Source: an uncultured delta proteobacterium (GTDB lineage: Bacteria > Desulfobacterota > Syntrophia > Syntrophales > UBA2185). From it: a DNA stretch of 64,000 nucleotides. The stretch is taken from the NCBI GenBank assembly GCA_963729715.1, contig CAVSPA010000004.1:576001-640000 (forward strand). The letters are read 5' to 3'. Positions 10,392 through 21,607 of the stretch are shown piece after piece. Position 1 is the first letter of the stretch, and every line of letters begins with the position of its first letter. The notes under the pieces were generated by a model that had not been told where the DNA came from, made no database searches, and saw only the letters and a program-made list of their open reading frames with translations. The position numbers were made by a program, and so were the translations under genes.

Positions 10392-10839
10392 TGATCATCG
10401 CCTCTTCGTCACAGTAGTCCGGATATTTGGAACATCTGAAGCAGTCCGACCAGATCTTCTCGGAAAGGGTCGACCGATCAACCTCTTTAAATCCAAGACG
10501 CTTAAAAAAATCGGGCCTGTTTGTAAGAGTAAACATTCTGTAAAAGCCGAGTGTAATGGCCTCGGAGATGCTTCCCTCAACGAGTTTCCTCGCTATTCCC
10601 CGCTTTCTGTATTTTTCCTCTACATAGAGAGAACGTATCTCCGCCAGGTTATCCCAGATGATGTTCATGGCACAGATGCCTGCAACGGCATTCTCATCTT
10701 CATCAAAATAGATAAAAAAATCCCGCAGGCTGCCGTATATATCCATCAGGGAGCGAGGAAGTATCTCACCTCTGCCTGATGACAGATTGATCATCCTATG
10801 TATCGTCTTTACGTCACTGACCCGGGCTTTTCTCAGCAT
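10381..10839 (-). CDS. GNAT acetyltransferase, short ArgA-like (N-acetylglutamate synthase)
   Basis: LPRSL.DIY, LAEIRSL, FFKRLGF, KIWSDC..C..YP.CDE.AM. Confidence 0.8.
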   Translation of the reverse strand: MLRKARVSDVKTIHRMINLSSGRGEILPRSLMDIYGSLRDFFIYFDEDENAVAGICAMNIIWDNLAEIRSLYVEEKYRKRGIARKLVEGSISEAITLGFYRMFTLTNRPDFFKRLGFKEVDRSTLSEKIWSDCFRCSKYPDYCDEEAMIIEL

Positions 10840-12532
10840 CCTTTGCCCTTTCCCTGCGGGAGATCTCGATCATCTCCCGGGCATGTTCCTTGGTTTTCTT
10901 TGTGAGCTCCGCACCGCCAAGCATTCTCGCAATTTCATCGAGCCTGTCCTTGTCAGAAAGGGCATCTACGGAGGCAACTGTCCTCTCGCCGGAGACGGCT
11001 TTCACGACGCGGTAATGCCTGTCCCCAAAACAGGCAATCTGCGGCAGATGTGTTATGCACAGGATCTGGTGATGTTTCGCCACTCCCTTGAGCTTCTTGC
11101 CCACATCCTCCGCCGTCGCCCCGCCGATGCCGCTGTCCACCTCATCAAAGATTATTGTTCCCACAGAACCGGTCCTCGCGAGGATATTCTTCACGGCGAG
11201 CATGATGCGCGAAAGCTCGCCGCCGGAGGCAATACGGTTCAGCGGTTTCAATGCCTCTCCCACATTCGTGGCAAGAAAGAACTCAACTTCATCGATCCCT
11301 CTTGGATTAAATGGTGCGGATCCGTGATGATCATCCGGCGCCTTGAAGGTAATCTCAAAGGCAGCATTTTCCATCCTCAGCGAATGAATCTCCCCCTCTA
11401 TGGCCTTTTTGAGAACAGATGCTGTTTTCCGGCGTTTCTCGGACAGGTCGCGCGCCTTCTCGAGCAATCTCGGGCTGAGCGTTTCCAAGTCTTTCGACAT
11501 CCTCTCAATCTCGTCGTCCACGGACGAAATGGCCTTCAGTTCCTCCTCGATTTGCACTCTCTTCTGTAAGACATCTTCCAAAGAACGTCCGTACTTTCGC
11601 TTCAGCTTGCCCAGTAGCTCCAGGCGATCATCGATAATATCAAGCCTCGCAGGGTCGTATGACAGGTTCTTCATGTAGTCCCTGAGCGTTAAGGCAGTTT
11701 CTTCAAGCTGATAATATATATTATCCAAATCCCCGTCAGACAGTCTCAACCCTGTATCAATCTTCTTGATCTCCCTTATGTTCGCTATTGCGCCGCGAAA
11801 TTCTCCGAGGACGGAACCTGCTCTTCCATATAGTAGGTCATGGGCTCCGGTCGCGTAGTCCATCAGTTTCTGCACATTGTTTAAAACCTTTTTTTCTTCA
11901 AGGAGGGTCGCGTCCTCTCCCGGTCGAATTCCTGCGTCGTCAATATCCTTAAGTTGAAACCGGAGAAGGTCATCCCTCTCGCCTCTGGTCTTCTTGACGG
12001 ACAAAAACTCTCTGATCTTTTCCTTTAGAGAGAGATACTCTCCGTACATTTCCGCGTATTCCCGCCTGAGAGGAAGCAGATCGCCAAACTCATCCAGAAT
12101 ATCGATGTGGTTATCTGCATTCAAAATGACCTGGTGCTCGTGCTGGCCGCAGATGTTGATGAGAGATTCACTGATGGTGGAAAGCATGCCTAAGGTGGCC
12201 AACTGCCCGTCGATATACACACGGTTCTTCCCAGTCCGGGAAACGATCCTCTTGAGAATCAATTCCTTCCCCACGTGGAAACCCATTTCCCGTATCTTTT
12301 TCTTCAGATCATCTTTCTCGCCGATGTCAAAAAGGGCCTCAACTGTCGCCGATTCTTCGAAGGACCGGATCATATCCGCAGAGGCCCGTTCCCCGAGAAG
12401 GAGGCTTACGGCACCTATGATAATAGACTTCCCCGCCCCGGTCTCTCCGGTAATAACATTCAGACCATCGGCAAAAGAGACCTTCATTTCATCGATGATG
12501 GCAAAATTTCTGATGCTGAGTTCCGTTAGCAT
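10814..12532 (-). CDS. recN: DNA repair protein RecN
   Basis: TGETGAGKS, GQHEHQ, ASGGELSR, FDEVDSGIGG, ITHLPQIA. Confidence 0.97.
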   Translation of the reverse strand: MLTELSIRNFAIIDEMKVSFADGLNVITGETGAGKSIIIGAVSLLLGERASADMIRSFEESATVEALFDIGEKDDLKKKIREMGFHVGKELILKRIVSRTGKNRVYIDGQLATLGMLSTISESLINICGQHEHQVILNADNHIDILDEFGDLLPLRREYAEMYGEYLSLKEKIREFLSVKKTRGERDDLLRFQLKDIDDAGIRPGEDATLLEEKKVLNNVQKLMDYATGAHDLLYGRAGSVLGEFRGAIANIREIKKIDTGLRLSDGDLDNIYYQLEETALTLRDYMKNLSYDPARLDIIDDRLELLGKLKRKYGRSLEDVLQKRVQIEEELKAISSVDDEIERMSKDLETLSPRLLEKARDLSEKRRKTASVLKKAIEGEIHSLRMENAAFEITFKAPDDHHGSAPFNPRGIDEVEFFLATNVGEALKPLNRIASGGELSRIMLAVKNILARTGSVGTIIFDEVDSGIGGATAEDVGKKLKGVAKHHQILCITHLPQIACFGDRHYRVVKAVSGERTVASVDALSDKDRLDEIARMLGGAELTKKTKEHAREMIEISRRERAKDAEKSPGQ

Positions 12533-12533
12533 G

Positions 12534-13415
12534 TTACAGATTATTTGTTCCCGTGGGCGATCCACCCCAGCCAAGCTTCGTACGCAGGATCTCCATGTAG
12601 TCCCTGTGAGGTGACGACACGAGATTAGTCACATATGGGGATTTCCTGATGATTACACTGTCGCCTGATTTCATGGTATAAGATACCTGTCCATCAAGGG
12701 TTACCGTCGCACCCTCTCCCTTCGTCCACATGATTACCTTTATCTCCGCATTATTAGGGATAATGATCGGACGATTCGTGAGAGTAAAGGGACATATGGG
12801 ATTTATGATGAAGGAGTCCTGTTCAGGAAAAACGATGGGGCCACCTGCGGACAGGGAATGCGCTGTGGAACCCGTCGGGGTGGAAATGATGATACCATCG
12901 GCCCTGAAGGTTGTCAGATATTTGTTATTAACCGTTGTTTCGAGATTGAGGATGCGTGAAAGATTCCCGCGGGTAATCACTACGTCATTTAAGATGCTCT
13001 GTTCCCTGATGGTTTCCTTTCCCGAAAAAATCGTTATATCCAGCATCATCCGTTTTTCCGTCTGGTAATCGCCTTTGACGATCAATTCCAGCGCGCTTAT
13101 CATCTCACTCAGATTGACCTCTGTCAGATAGCCGAACTCTCCGAGATTGATGCCGACGACGGGGATGTCATACTGACTGACAAAACGCACTGTCCTGAGG
13201 ATGGTTCCGTCTCCGCCCAATACAACCAGAAGATCTACCCGCGCTGCCAGCGTTCTTCTATCCATACCTTCACCCGCACCGATCTTCCGGGCAATTCCCT
13301 CCTCTAAAAACACCTGGATCCCTTTTTTCGTGGCCCAGTCTCTCAGCTCTATGGTACAATTATCTGATTGCTCTTTCTCGACATTTGCAATTATACCGAT
13401 CTTCTCGATGCTCAT
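12534..13415 (-). CDS. nadK: NAD(+) kinase
   Basis: GGDGT, LND, DGIIISTPTGSTA.SLSAGGP; conserved nadK-recN pairing. Confidence 0.95.
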   Translation of the reverse strand: MSIEKIGIIANVEKEQSDNCTIELRDWATKKGIQVFLEEGIARKIGAGEGMDRRTLAARVDLLVVLGGDGTILRTVRFVSQYDIPVVGINLGEFGYLTEVNLSEMISALELIVKGDYQTEKRMMLDITIFSGKETIREQSILNDVVITRGNLSRILNLETTVNNKYLTTFRADGIIISTPTGSTAHSLSAGGPIVFPEQDSFIINPICPFTLTNRPIIIPNNAEIKVIMWTKGEGATVTLDGQVSYTMKSGDSVIIRKSPYVTNLVSSPHRDYMEILRTKLGWGGSPTGTNNL

Positions 13416-13683
13416 GGAAACCTCTGCTGCGATTTTGAGATTTTTCTATCACAAAATCAGATGGGTGTCTATGTGCAGATTTCATACCTGGAAATACACG
13501 AAAGGAGAAAATTACCGAGCACAAGATAGTGGACCAACATCTATTGACTGCCGGCGGAAAAGTTAAATGAGGGGCAATGATCGTCTTTCAGATCAGTGCT
13601 GCATTGAAAGGGGCCTATTTTTTGCGACCAAACCGTTGATCTATTTTCATCCCCCAATTCATCATGTTCATTAGATGCCGGTT

Positions 13684-16581
13684 CTAAGAATCAGGGGCTT
13701 CAGCTTTCGTGAGCTCACCCTTTATCGCAAGACCAATCCTTTCCAGCAAATACGGTTTCCTGACATAGGCGCCCGCCCCGAGCTCCAGGGCCTTCTTTAC
13801 ACGCTCCGTCTCCGAAAAACCGCTCACTATTATTGCCTTCTGCTTCGGGTTGATGGCGAGAATCCGCCGGTACGTCTCCAGTCCGTCCATCCCGGGGTCC
13901 ATGATCATGTCCAGTACAATGAGATCAGCCTTATGCGAACTGAGGTAGGCAACCGCCTCCTCTCCGCTCGAAACAGCCTCTACCCTGTAGCACAGCCTCG
14001 TCAACATGCTACCTGCCACCTCACGCTGCTCCTTCACATCATCCACCACCAGAATCGTTTCACCCTTGCCCATGTAATGCTCAGGAGATGTCTTCTGCTC
14101 TTCCCCGGTCAGCTCCTCCCTCGTGGCCGGCAGGTAGATCGTGAAAGTGCTCCCTCTCCCATCCTCGCTTTGCACATCTATGTACCCGTCATGATCCTTC
14201 ACCGTTCCCCACACAACTGCAAGTCCCAAGCCTGTCCCGCTTCTCCCCATGACCTTCTTCGTATAGAAGGGTTCGAATATCTTCTTGATGTCAGAAGCGG
14301 AGATACCCCTGCCGTTGTCCGATACCGTCAGAACCACATAATCCCCTTCCCGCACATCATCATAGCCCCCGATGGGTTTATCGATGTAGCAGTTCTTCGT
14401 CCGAATTATCACTTCCCCCTCGTCGGATATGGCCTCTGACGCATTCGAGACAAGATTCATTATGGTCTTCCCCAAGTGAACCTGAGACCCTTTGATATTC
14501 AATAGACCCTTCTCAAGATCGGCCTTGAGACTCACAGATGGATGATGCGCCTTAAGCTTCTCAAATTCCGGGGTCTCCAAAAAGTCCTCAATCACGCGAT
14601 TGAGATTTACAACCTCCGAAACAGCCACACCCCGTCTGGCCAGTGTCAAGAGGTCCTGAATGATCGTCGCACCCCTCTCACTGGATTGTAGAATGCCCGA
14701 AGCGTAACTTCTTAGGGGATTTCCTTCCGGTAATCTTTCCAGGAGCAATTCCGAATAACCCACAAGAACCCCCAGGACATTGTTTAGATCATGAGCGACA
14801 CCGCCCGCGAGGGTCCCCAGTGCCTCCATCTTTTCGGCGCGGTTCAAGCGGTGCTCCAGTTGCTGACGTTCCGCCTCTGCCTCTTTGCGCTCTGTGATGT
14901 CTTTCGAAACAACTGTTACGGCAGTCGTTCTTCTTCCCGGCCTTCTTACGGGTGTAAATGTCCGGAGGAAATATTTATTATCTTTTTGGCTCCCATGCTC
15001 GCATAATAAAAATTCACCGGTCTCGAATACTTTCTGAACACTCTTCGTAAATGCTATCGTGTCCGCCTCTGAATGGAGGTCCGCATAGCTTCGGGCAATT
15101 ACCTCTTCTTGTGGGAGCCCCAGCCGCTGCAAATGTTTCTCATTCATAAACAGGTACCTGCAGTCACGGTCAATAAGATACATTGAATCTTCAGTCGAAG
15201 CGAGCGAGCGATATTTCTCCTCCGACTCGCGGAGTGCCTCATCGGCAAGCCTGCGCTCCGTGATATCACGTGCAAGACAGCGAAATCCCAGAGGCTGGCC
15301 GTTATGATCACGTATCAGAGACGCAGATATCTCAAGCGTTATAACGACACCGTCCTTTGTTATAATATCGAAATCAGCGACCTTCGCAGATTTTCCTGTT
15401 CCATATATCTCACGGAAAATCTCAAACATCCGGTTGGCCGCTTCCGGTTTGCTATAGCGCTGGTAATTCATGCCAAGGAGTTCTTCCGGTAAGTACTTTA
15501 GCGTTCGCTGGGCTGCATGGTTGAAAAAAATCATTTCCCCCGATAGATTGAGCTCAAAATAAGCATCTTCAATGCTTTCCAGGATCGTACGATATTTTTT
15601 CTCACTCTCCCTTACCGTCTCTTCTGCCTGTTTGCGATCCGTTATGTCACGCGAGATGCCACGATAACTGCGAAGATTCCCTTCCCAGTCAAATATTGGC
15701 ACACCGCTCGTCTCAAGCACCACTTCCCGCCCGTCTTTACATAAATTTATATTCTCTAATCCAGCAAAAGGCTCGTGTGACTCTATTATCACATCTGTTA
15801 ATTTCGTTAGTCTTTGCGCCTCATCCGGCGGCATAAAATCCCACGGCTTTTTTCCTAATACCTCATCCGGTTCATATCCGAGCAGTGCCTTGACTTTAGG
15901 ACTCGCATAGGTAAAGACGGCGTTCTCGTTGACCTCCCATACCCAGTCGCTGGTTGTTTCTACGAGGGAACGAAAGCGCTCCTCGCTCGCCCTGAGGGCC
16001 GCCTCCGTTTTCTTTCGTTCGGTGATTTCTCGCTGTAGCGCCAGATTTGTTTTTCTCAGCTCCACCGTACGCTCCGCAACCATCTGCTGGAGTCTGGCAG
16101 TCATATGCTGACTTTGATCTTCGATATTCTTACGATCCGTGATATCGCGACCGACGCCGATGACTCCGAAGAGCTTCCCGTTCGGCCCATAATAAGGAGT
16201 TCTGCACATTTCTATCAATACGCGTTTTCCATCCGGGTACGAAATCCACTCTTCATCGTACCGAGTCTTTTCATGGGCCAACGTCATCTGGTCGTTTCGA
16301 TGATATAGCTCCGCTTCCACGAGCGGGAAAATATCAAAATCCGTCTTACCAATTATTTCATCCTTGGCGAGCCCCACACGTAGTGCGAATGCCGTATTAC
16401 AATCCAGATATATTTCCTCAGCATCCTTGCAAAACATAATGTCCGGGATGGAATCAATCAAGCTGCTGAGAAAACATTTTTGCAGCATAAATTTTGAAAG
16501 CGAGTCCCCACAAAATTCTCGCGCAATATTGATTTCGTCTCGTGTAACTATACGCTTTGCTTCTAACATCCAAATCACCAT
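13684..16581 (-). CDS. Cytoplasmic multi-PAS hybrid sensor histidine kinase (about 4 PAS, HisKA, HATPase, REC)
   Basis: Repeated PAS/PAC ends (RDITDRK/ERR), AHDLNN, EPFYTKK, GTGLGL, VVDD..DMIMDP receiver. Confidence 0.92.
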   Translation of the reverse strand: MVIWMLEAKRIVTRDEINIAREFCGDSLSKFMLQKCFLSSLIDSIPDIMFCKDAEEIYLDCNTAFALRVGLAKDEIIGKTDFDIFPLVEAELYHRNDQMTLAHEKTRYDEEWISYPDGKRVLIEMCRTPYYGPNGKLFGVIGVGRDITDRKNIEDQSQHMTARLQQMVAERTVELRKTNLALQREITERKKTEAALRASEERFRSLVETTSDWVWEVNENAVFTYASPKVKALLGYEPDEVLGKKPWDFMPPDEAQRLTKLTDVIIESHEPFAGLENINLCKDGREVVLETSGVPIFDWEGNLRSYRGISRDITDRKQAEETVRESEKKYRTILESIEDAYFELNLSGEMIFFNHAAQRTLKYLPEELLGMNYQRYSKPEAANRMFEIFREIYGTGKSAKVADFDIITKDGVVITLEISASLIRDHNGQPLGFRCLARDITERRLADEALRESEEKYRSLASTEDSMYLIDRDCRYLFMNEKHLQRLGLPQEEVIARSYADLHSEADTIAFTKSVQKVFETGEFLLCEHGSQKDNKYFLRTFTPVRRPGRRTTAVTVVSKDITERKEAEAERQQLEHRLNRAEKMEALGTLAGGVAHDLNNVLGVLVGYSELLLERLPEGNPLRSYASGILQSSERGATIIQDLLTLARRGVAVSEVVNLNRVIEDFLETPEFEKLKAHHPSVSLKADLEKGLLNIKGSQVHLGKTIMNLVSNASEAISDEGEVIIRTKNCYIDKPIGGYDDVREGDYVVLTVSDNGRGISASDIKKIFEPFYTKKVMGRSGTGLGLAVVWGTVKDHDGYIDVQSEDGRGSTFTIYLPATREELTGEEQKTSPEHYMGKGETILVVDDVKEQREVAGSMLTRLCYRVEAVSSGEEAVAYLSSHKADLIVLDMIMDPGMDGLETYRRILAINPKQKAIIVSGFSETERVKKALELGAGAYVRKPYLLERIGLAIKGELTKAEAPDS

Positions 16582-17546
16582 TCAATTTACCTTGAATCTT
16601 CTTTTTCTCGAGAAGATCCAGAGGTTCAACCTATATAAAAGCAAAAAGCATACCTCCGCCGAGCATAAATGCACCCCCACATGGTTCAACTCTCAATTGT
16701 CTATGAAAGAAAGCAGATTGCCGAATTGCACGGCACTGCGAGACGAATTTGCCGAGGTTGTATTCAGAATAGTTTCATATATGTAAGATATTGATTTATG
16801 GATGTATTGATCAGAAACGATACAACTTCGAGACGTCTATTATTGTTAATGGGTTCGTACAACCGAGGGGAAAATCCAACTCCGTACAGCCCAAGTCAGC
16901 GCAATAACCAAAAAGCAGCGGCCGTTAAAGTAGATGAAAATACCGACCTCCGCGGATGAAATTGATACGGCAATTTTTTCTGCCGCGTTCGTAAGACCGT
17001 GATTTATTTTCCACCTTCGTTCCTATCCATCCCGGTCAGTCCGGAAGGGTTATTTGAGAGTGAAATAAATGAAGCAATCCACTCGCAAAACCGGCGATGC
17101 TAATCGTACTTCCCCCCTTGCATGAGCTCACGGCTCTATCGAATTCACTTGACAGTTTTTCGACCTTGATGTTAGCTAAAAAAACGATATGCGAAACGAT
17201 GGTCAAAACAGTAATGACAGGTTTTTGATGAGGGCTTTTGTCGCAGCGCTTATGGCATCCGTTTGCCTCAATGCCTGCAGCCAGGTGTCAACAAGCTTAT
17301 CCACATCCCGGTTCATCTTTGTCCGTATCAGCCGACTAAATATATACGGAATTAGACATCATGATAGGATGCGTGGAAGGGTGAGGAGAATCCGGTGGTC
17401 TTGGCTCCAGGAGTTCCTCCTTTTGATCTATTAGGAAGGATTAATCCGTGAATCTCAAAGATTAACTGTCCCGGTAATCAGAAGATTGGGCATCGATGAA
17501 TAGGCGGCCAAACATCTGCAGCAACTTTCGCTGTACTCAATTTCTT

Positions 17547-17852
17547 TCACCGAGTGGATGACCCTTCGGTCTCAGGACCTTCTTCCACCGCCGTGGGCTG
17601 CAGTTCTCTGGTCGGGGCCTTGCCTCGCATGCGGACACCACTGAAATCCCCGATTGGTCTCGTAAAAGTAAAATTGAATGGTTCTGCGACGAGCGCCCGT
17701 GCCGTAGGGCCGACACTCTGGCTCGGTATGGAAAACGGTAATGAGACGACGAAAACTGCCGTGCCAACAACTGTTGCAGCCAGACTCATCGGTCTGACAA
17801 GCAGGATATCCACTGTGGCGTCAAAAACCTGATCGTTCCCCAAAGCGGGCAT
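17547..17852 (-). CDS. Conserved small membrane-associated hypothetical protein (possibly N-truncated)
   Basis: DILLVRPMSLAATVVGTAVFVVSLPF..LVAEPFNFTFTRPIG pattern resembles a widespread small proteobacterial family. Confidence 0.6.
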   Translation of the reverse strand: MPALGNDQVFDATVDILLVRPMSLAATVVGTAVFVVSLPFSIPSQSVGPTARALVAEPFNFTFTRPIGDFSGVRMRGKAPTRELQPTAVEEGPETEGSSTR

Positions 17853-17978
17853 GATTTTTTATATTGCAGTTTGTTCTTATGGCACTTATATTGTCTTCGT
17901 CGTGTTTCGGCAGAGACAGGATATTAACTCTATTCCGACCTAAATCTGTCTGAGATATTTCCTGAGAGCAAATACAAA

Positions 17979-18869
17979 ATGGTGACACCAACCGATTCGT
18001 ATAATAATCGCACCGAGAAGTCGGCAAACCAATCTATGGCTACCGCTCTTGTTGTTGAAGGCGGCGCCCTCCGTGGGGTCTTCTCAACGGGGATACTGGA
18101 CGGCTTTCTTGAGTCACGATTCAATCCTTTTGATTTCTACATGGGTGTTTCCTCGGGTGCATCCAATCTTGCAGCCTTTCTTGCCGAAATGATCGGTCGC
18201 AACAAGAGAATATATACGGACTATTCGCTGCGGCCCGAGTTTATTGATATGATCAGGTTCCTCGGCAGCGGTCATCTAATGGATCTCGATTGGCTCTGGG
18301 ATACTACCATTCGGGAAATCCGGCTCGATTTGCAGAGAATCTATGCAAAAGGGAAACCTTTCATAGTGGTACTTACGGATGTGCAAACCGGGGAAGCCGT
18401 ATATAAAGAGACCAGCGCCCAGGACCTTGAGCATATTCTTAAGGCCTCGAGCGCCATACCTCTTTTCTACCGGTCTTACCCGATTGTCGACAACCGCCCC
18501 ATGACGGATGGCGGCGTAGCAGATGCCATTCCCATAGGCAAGGCGATTGGTCTCGGGGCTCGCCGGATCATGGTAATTCGTTCCCGCAATCGAAACTACC
18601 TGAAACGGCACGATCCGTTTGATTGCCTCGTGCGCTGGAGCATGCGGTATCCTGCGCTGCAACAGGCCATGGCTAAGCGTGTTTCGCACTACAATGAATC
18701 AGTGAAGCTGATTCGCAAGCCGCCCGAAGGCGTAGCGGTCGTTGAAATATGTCCGCCCGAAAAGTTCCGCGTATCGCGGCTCAGCCAAAATCGTCTTATC
18801 CTGGAGGAAGGCTATAATCAGGGCCGCGCCCTGGCCGCACATGCAATCTCGCGCTGGCAAACGGCATAG
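17979..18869 (+). CDS. Patatin-like phospholipase
   Basis: EGGALRG, GVSSG, DGG motifs; alternative start at 18036. Confidence 0.9.
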   Translation: MVTPTDSYNNRTEKSANQSMATALVVEGGALRGVFSTGILDGFLESRFNPFDFYMGVSSGASNLAAFLAEMIGRNKRIYTDYSLRPEFIDMIRFLGSGHLMDLDWLWDTTIREIRLDLQRIYAKGKPFIVVLTDVQTGEAVYKETSAQDLEHILKASSAIPLFYRSYPIVDNRPMTDGGVADAIPIGKAIGLGARRIMVIRSRNRNYLKRHDPFDCLVRWSMRYPALQQAMAKRVSHYNESVKLIRKPPEGVAVVEICPPEKFRVSRLSQNRLILEEGYNQGRALAAHAISRWQTA

Positions 18870-18943
18870 CCACTGTCTTCCTGTCTAATGACCGTATGAA
18901 AGTATACTCATTTCTCCATGGAAGTACTTCTTGTGGAACGCAT

Positions 18944-19327
18944 ATGATTTACGGGATAGCAGCCGATTTGGTGATCTTCCTCCATTTCCTGTGGATTGCC
19001 TTCGTCATCTTGGGATTTCCGGTATTCCTGTATTTTAAACTCCAAGAATGGAGAGCGATTCATCTGCTCGCCTTGATCGTCACGGTCGTCATGCAATTGA
19101 CCGGAACCATCTGTCCCCTTACCTATCTCGAAGCTTATCTCAAAGCCAAAGGTATATCGCGTGGGGTCTACCCCGGCCAGTTCACCATAGATACGCTTGA
19201 AAAACTTATCTATGTGGAAGATCTGACTCTTGAGAAGATTACCTACGCGACGCTCATATTTCTTGCTTTGGTATTGTTCTCATTTTGGTTGAAGCCTTTA
19301 ACATTCAAGAAGCAAACCAATGGTTAG
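18944..19327 (+). CDS. DUF2784 family membrane protein
   Basis: AADLVIFLHFLWIAF..HL..CPLTYLE..F..LIY. Confidence 0.8.
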   Translation: MIYGIAADLVIFLHFLWIAFVILGFPVFLYFKLQEWRAIHLLALIVTVVMQLTGTICPLTYLEAYLKAKGISRGVYPGQFTIDTLEKLIYVEDLTLEKITYATLIFLALVLFSFWLKPLTFKKQTNG

Positions 19328-19481
19328 ACATTGAATAATCGCCCTGTTTCTGATAAGGACGTGCATGTTATACTAAACATATTTTATTTTCCTTCCTTGC
19401 CGCTTTCGCAGGGACAGGATTGAGACGGGCAGGCTTCAATACGTTTGACAGGCTCACACCCGTCTCGCCGTTTATCGCGCT

Positions 19482-20813
19482 ATGATGGAAGAACCGATAC
19501 TCAGAGTAGGCATCGTGCAGGGGTACAAGGAAGTGGCAGGGCGGTTAAACGACCCCTTCCTGATCAATGACACTCGCAACATGGGCGGAAGGTTCCGTGC
19601 GCGCGTGAAGGAGGGGCGCATTATTCTTTCCGATGCTGCGGGAAATGAGATAATCCATGATAAGGAAATCCACTGTACCCCTCTCGATAACGCAACCTTC
19701 GCCCTCCTTGATGTAACGATAGGCGTAAATTTTCACTGGGAAAGAAAACAGGAGCAAACGTTCCGGGGAGAGATAAGACTCATCCGAGACGGAAATGATA
19801 CACTCACTGCCATCAATGTAATTCCTTTGGAAGATTATTTAGCGAGCGTCGTTTCCTCTGAAATGAGCGCTGAATCGGCGCCGGAATTCCTCAAGGCCCA
19901 CGCAATTGCGTCACGCAGCTGGCTCATGTCCATGCTCGGAACTATAGAAAAGGTAGGACATGCCGAAAATGAATCGCACGGCCCGGCCTTGAGAAACAAA
20001 GAGTTTGTCAGGTATTACCATAGGGTTGACCACACACTTTTCGATGTCTGTGCCGACGATCATTGCCAGCGGTATCAGGGTATCACCCGGATAATCTCCG
20101 AGAACGCCCGGCAGGCAGTTGAGGAAACGCGCGGCCTGTTTCTCGTATACAACGGTGAGATCTGCGATGCCCGCTATCATAAAGCCTGCGGCGGTCTCAC
20201 GGACAATTTCGCAAATACATGGGAGGATGTCACCATTCCCTATCTCACGTCCGTTTCGGACTCTGCCGTCACGTACGATCCGATCCGCACGGAAGAAGAA
20301 GCGAGGCAATGGATTCTCGGATATCCAGAGGCGTATTGCAAAACTAAAGACGTCAATACCCTGCGTCGGATTCTCCCGTCCTTGGATCAGGAGACGACGG
20401 ATTTTTTTCGCTGGAAGGTTACGTATACATGTATCGAACTGGAAGAGATTATCAGGAAAAAATCGGGAATGGACTTCGGCAACCTCCTCCGTCTCACTCC
20501 CCTTGAGCGGGGCCTCTCCGGCCGCATAGTGCGGCTGCAAATCGCCGGATCGAAAATGACGCTCACCATAGGCAAGGAACTCGAGATCCGCCGCTGGCTT
20601 TCCCGGAGCTATCTCTACAGCAGCGCCTTTGTCGTATCTGCAGAGAATGATACAGCCGGCCAGCCTGTCCGCTTTATCCTGCATGGCGCCGGATGGGGAC
20701 ATGGCGTCGGCTTATGCCAGATAGGGGCGGCTGTGATGGCCCTTAAAGGCTTTACGGCGGAATCCATCTTGAAACACTATTTTCGTGGTGCGGAGCTTCA
20801 GAAACTGTACTGA
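19482..20813 (+). CDS. SpoIID/LytB domain protein, no signal peptide
   Basis: LEDYLASVVSSEM, LKAHAIASRS, DDHCQRYQG, GAGWGHGVGLCQIGA..ILKHYF. Confidence 0.92.
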   Translation: MMEEPILRVGIVQGYKEVAGRLNDPFLINDTRNMGGRFRARVKEGRIILSDAAGNEIIHDKEIHCTPLDNATFALLDVTIGVNFHWERKQEQTFRGEIRLIRDGNDTLTAINVIPLEDYLASVVSSEMSAESAPEFLKAHAIASRSWLMSMLGTIEKVGHAENESHGPALRNKEFVRYYHRVDHTLFDVCADDHCQRYQGITRIISENARQAVEETRGLFLVYNGEICDARYHKACGGLTDNFANTWEDVTIPYLTSVSDSAVTYDPIRTEEEARQWILGYPEAYCKTKDVNTLRRILPSLDQETTDFFRWKVTYTCIELEEIIRKKSGMDFGNLLRLTPLERGLSGRIVRLQIAGSKMTLTIGKELEIRRWLSRSYLYSSAFVVSAENDTAGQPVRFILHGAGWGHGVGLCQIGAAVMALKGFTAESILKHYFRGAELQKLY

Positions 20814-20822
20814 AGAAAGGCT

Positions 20823-21545
20823 ATGCGAAAATCTTCTATCAAGACATCTTTCATCCTCGGCGCCGGCCTAGGAACGCGCCTGCGTCCGTTGACGGATAAC
20901 TGTCCGAAGCCGCTCTTAGCCGCAGGCGGACGCCCGATGATTACCTATGCCATGGATCATCTCATATCTGCCGGTATAGAACGCTTTATCATCAATACCC
21001 ATTACTTTGCAGATGCGTACGATAAGGCATTCCCGGACCGGCAATGGCGGGGAATACCCATCATCTTCCGGTATGAACCTGCGCTTCTCGATACGGCTGG
21101 CGGCATCAAGAACATCGAAGATCTCCTTGATGACGACGAAACAGTCATGGTTTACAATGGCGATACCCTTACAGACCTGCCGCTTGCTCATCTCATCGAT
21201 GCACACTACGCGAAGAGGAAGGAAGTCACCCTGGCTCTCAGAAGCAGGGGCTCTCCCTTGAACGTCAATCTGAATGCGGAGGGCGAGATATGTGACCTGC
21301 GGCATGTCCTAGGCGACGGCGGTGTTATCAGCTGTCTTTTTACGGGCATCTACATCGTGGAAAAAACTTTTCTTCGACGCCTGAGAGCGGGCCGCACGGA
21401 ATCGGTTATCCCAGTCTTCATCGCTATGATCAAGAAACAGCCTGGGTCGGTGGCAGGGATTATCATCGATGAAGGCTGGTGGTATGATATCGGATCCGTG
21501 GCGGAATATGAAAAGATAAATGCGATGCTCGCGGGAAAGGGGTAA
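20823..21545 (+). CDS. murU: Nucleotidyltransferase, MurNAc-alpha-1-phosphate uridylyltransferase-like
   Basis: LGAGLGTRLRPLT..PKPL, NTHY, LDTAGG, NGD, WYDIG; adjacent to AmgK-like kinase. Confidence 0.75.
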   Translation: MRKSSIKTSFILGAGLGTRLRPLTDNCPKPLLAAGGRPMITYAMDHLISAGIERFIINTHYFADAYDKAFPDRQWRGIPIIFRYEPALLDTAGGIKNIEDLLDDDETVMVYNGDTLTDLPLAHLIDAHYAKRKEVTLALRSRGSPLNVNLNAEGEICDLRHVLGDGGVISCLFTGIYIVEKTFLRRLRAGRTESVIPVFIAMIKKQPGSVAGIIIDEGWWYDIGSVAEYEKINAMLAGKG

Positions 21546-21607
21546 TAGCGGTTATTCATAGCAACGCACATTTGCCATGGAAGAACTAAACCGGATCCCC
21601 GCCAACA

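Noticed and set aside
17297..17305. DnaA box as a sign of oriC (another TTATTCACA at 56644-56652)
   Set aside because: Isolated boxes with no cluster and no dnaA/dnaN/gidA context
17979..19327. Patatin as a CBASS-type defence effector
   Set aside because: No cyclase or other defence genes nearby; resembles the common stand-alone patatin family
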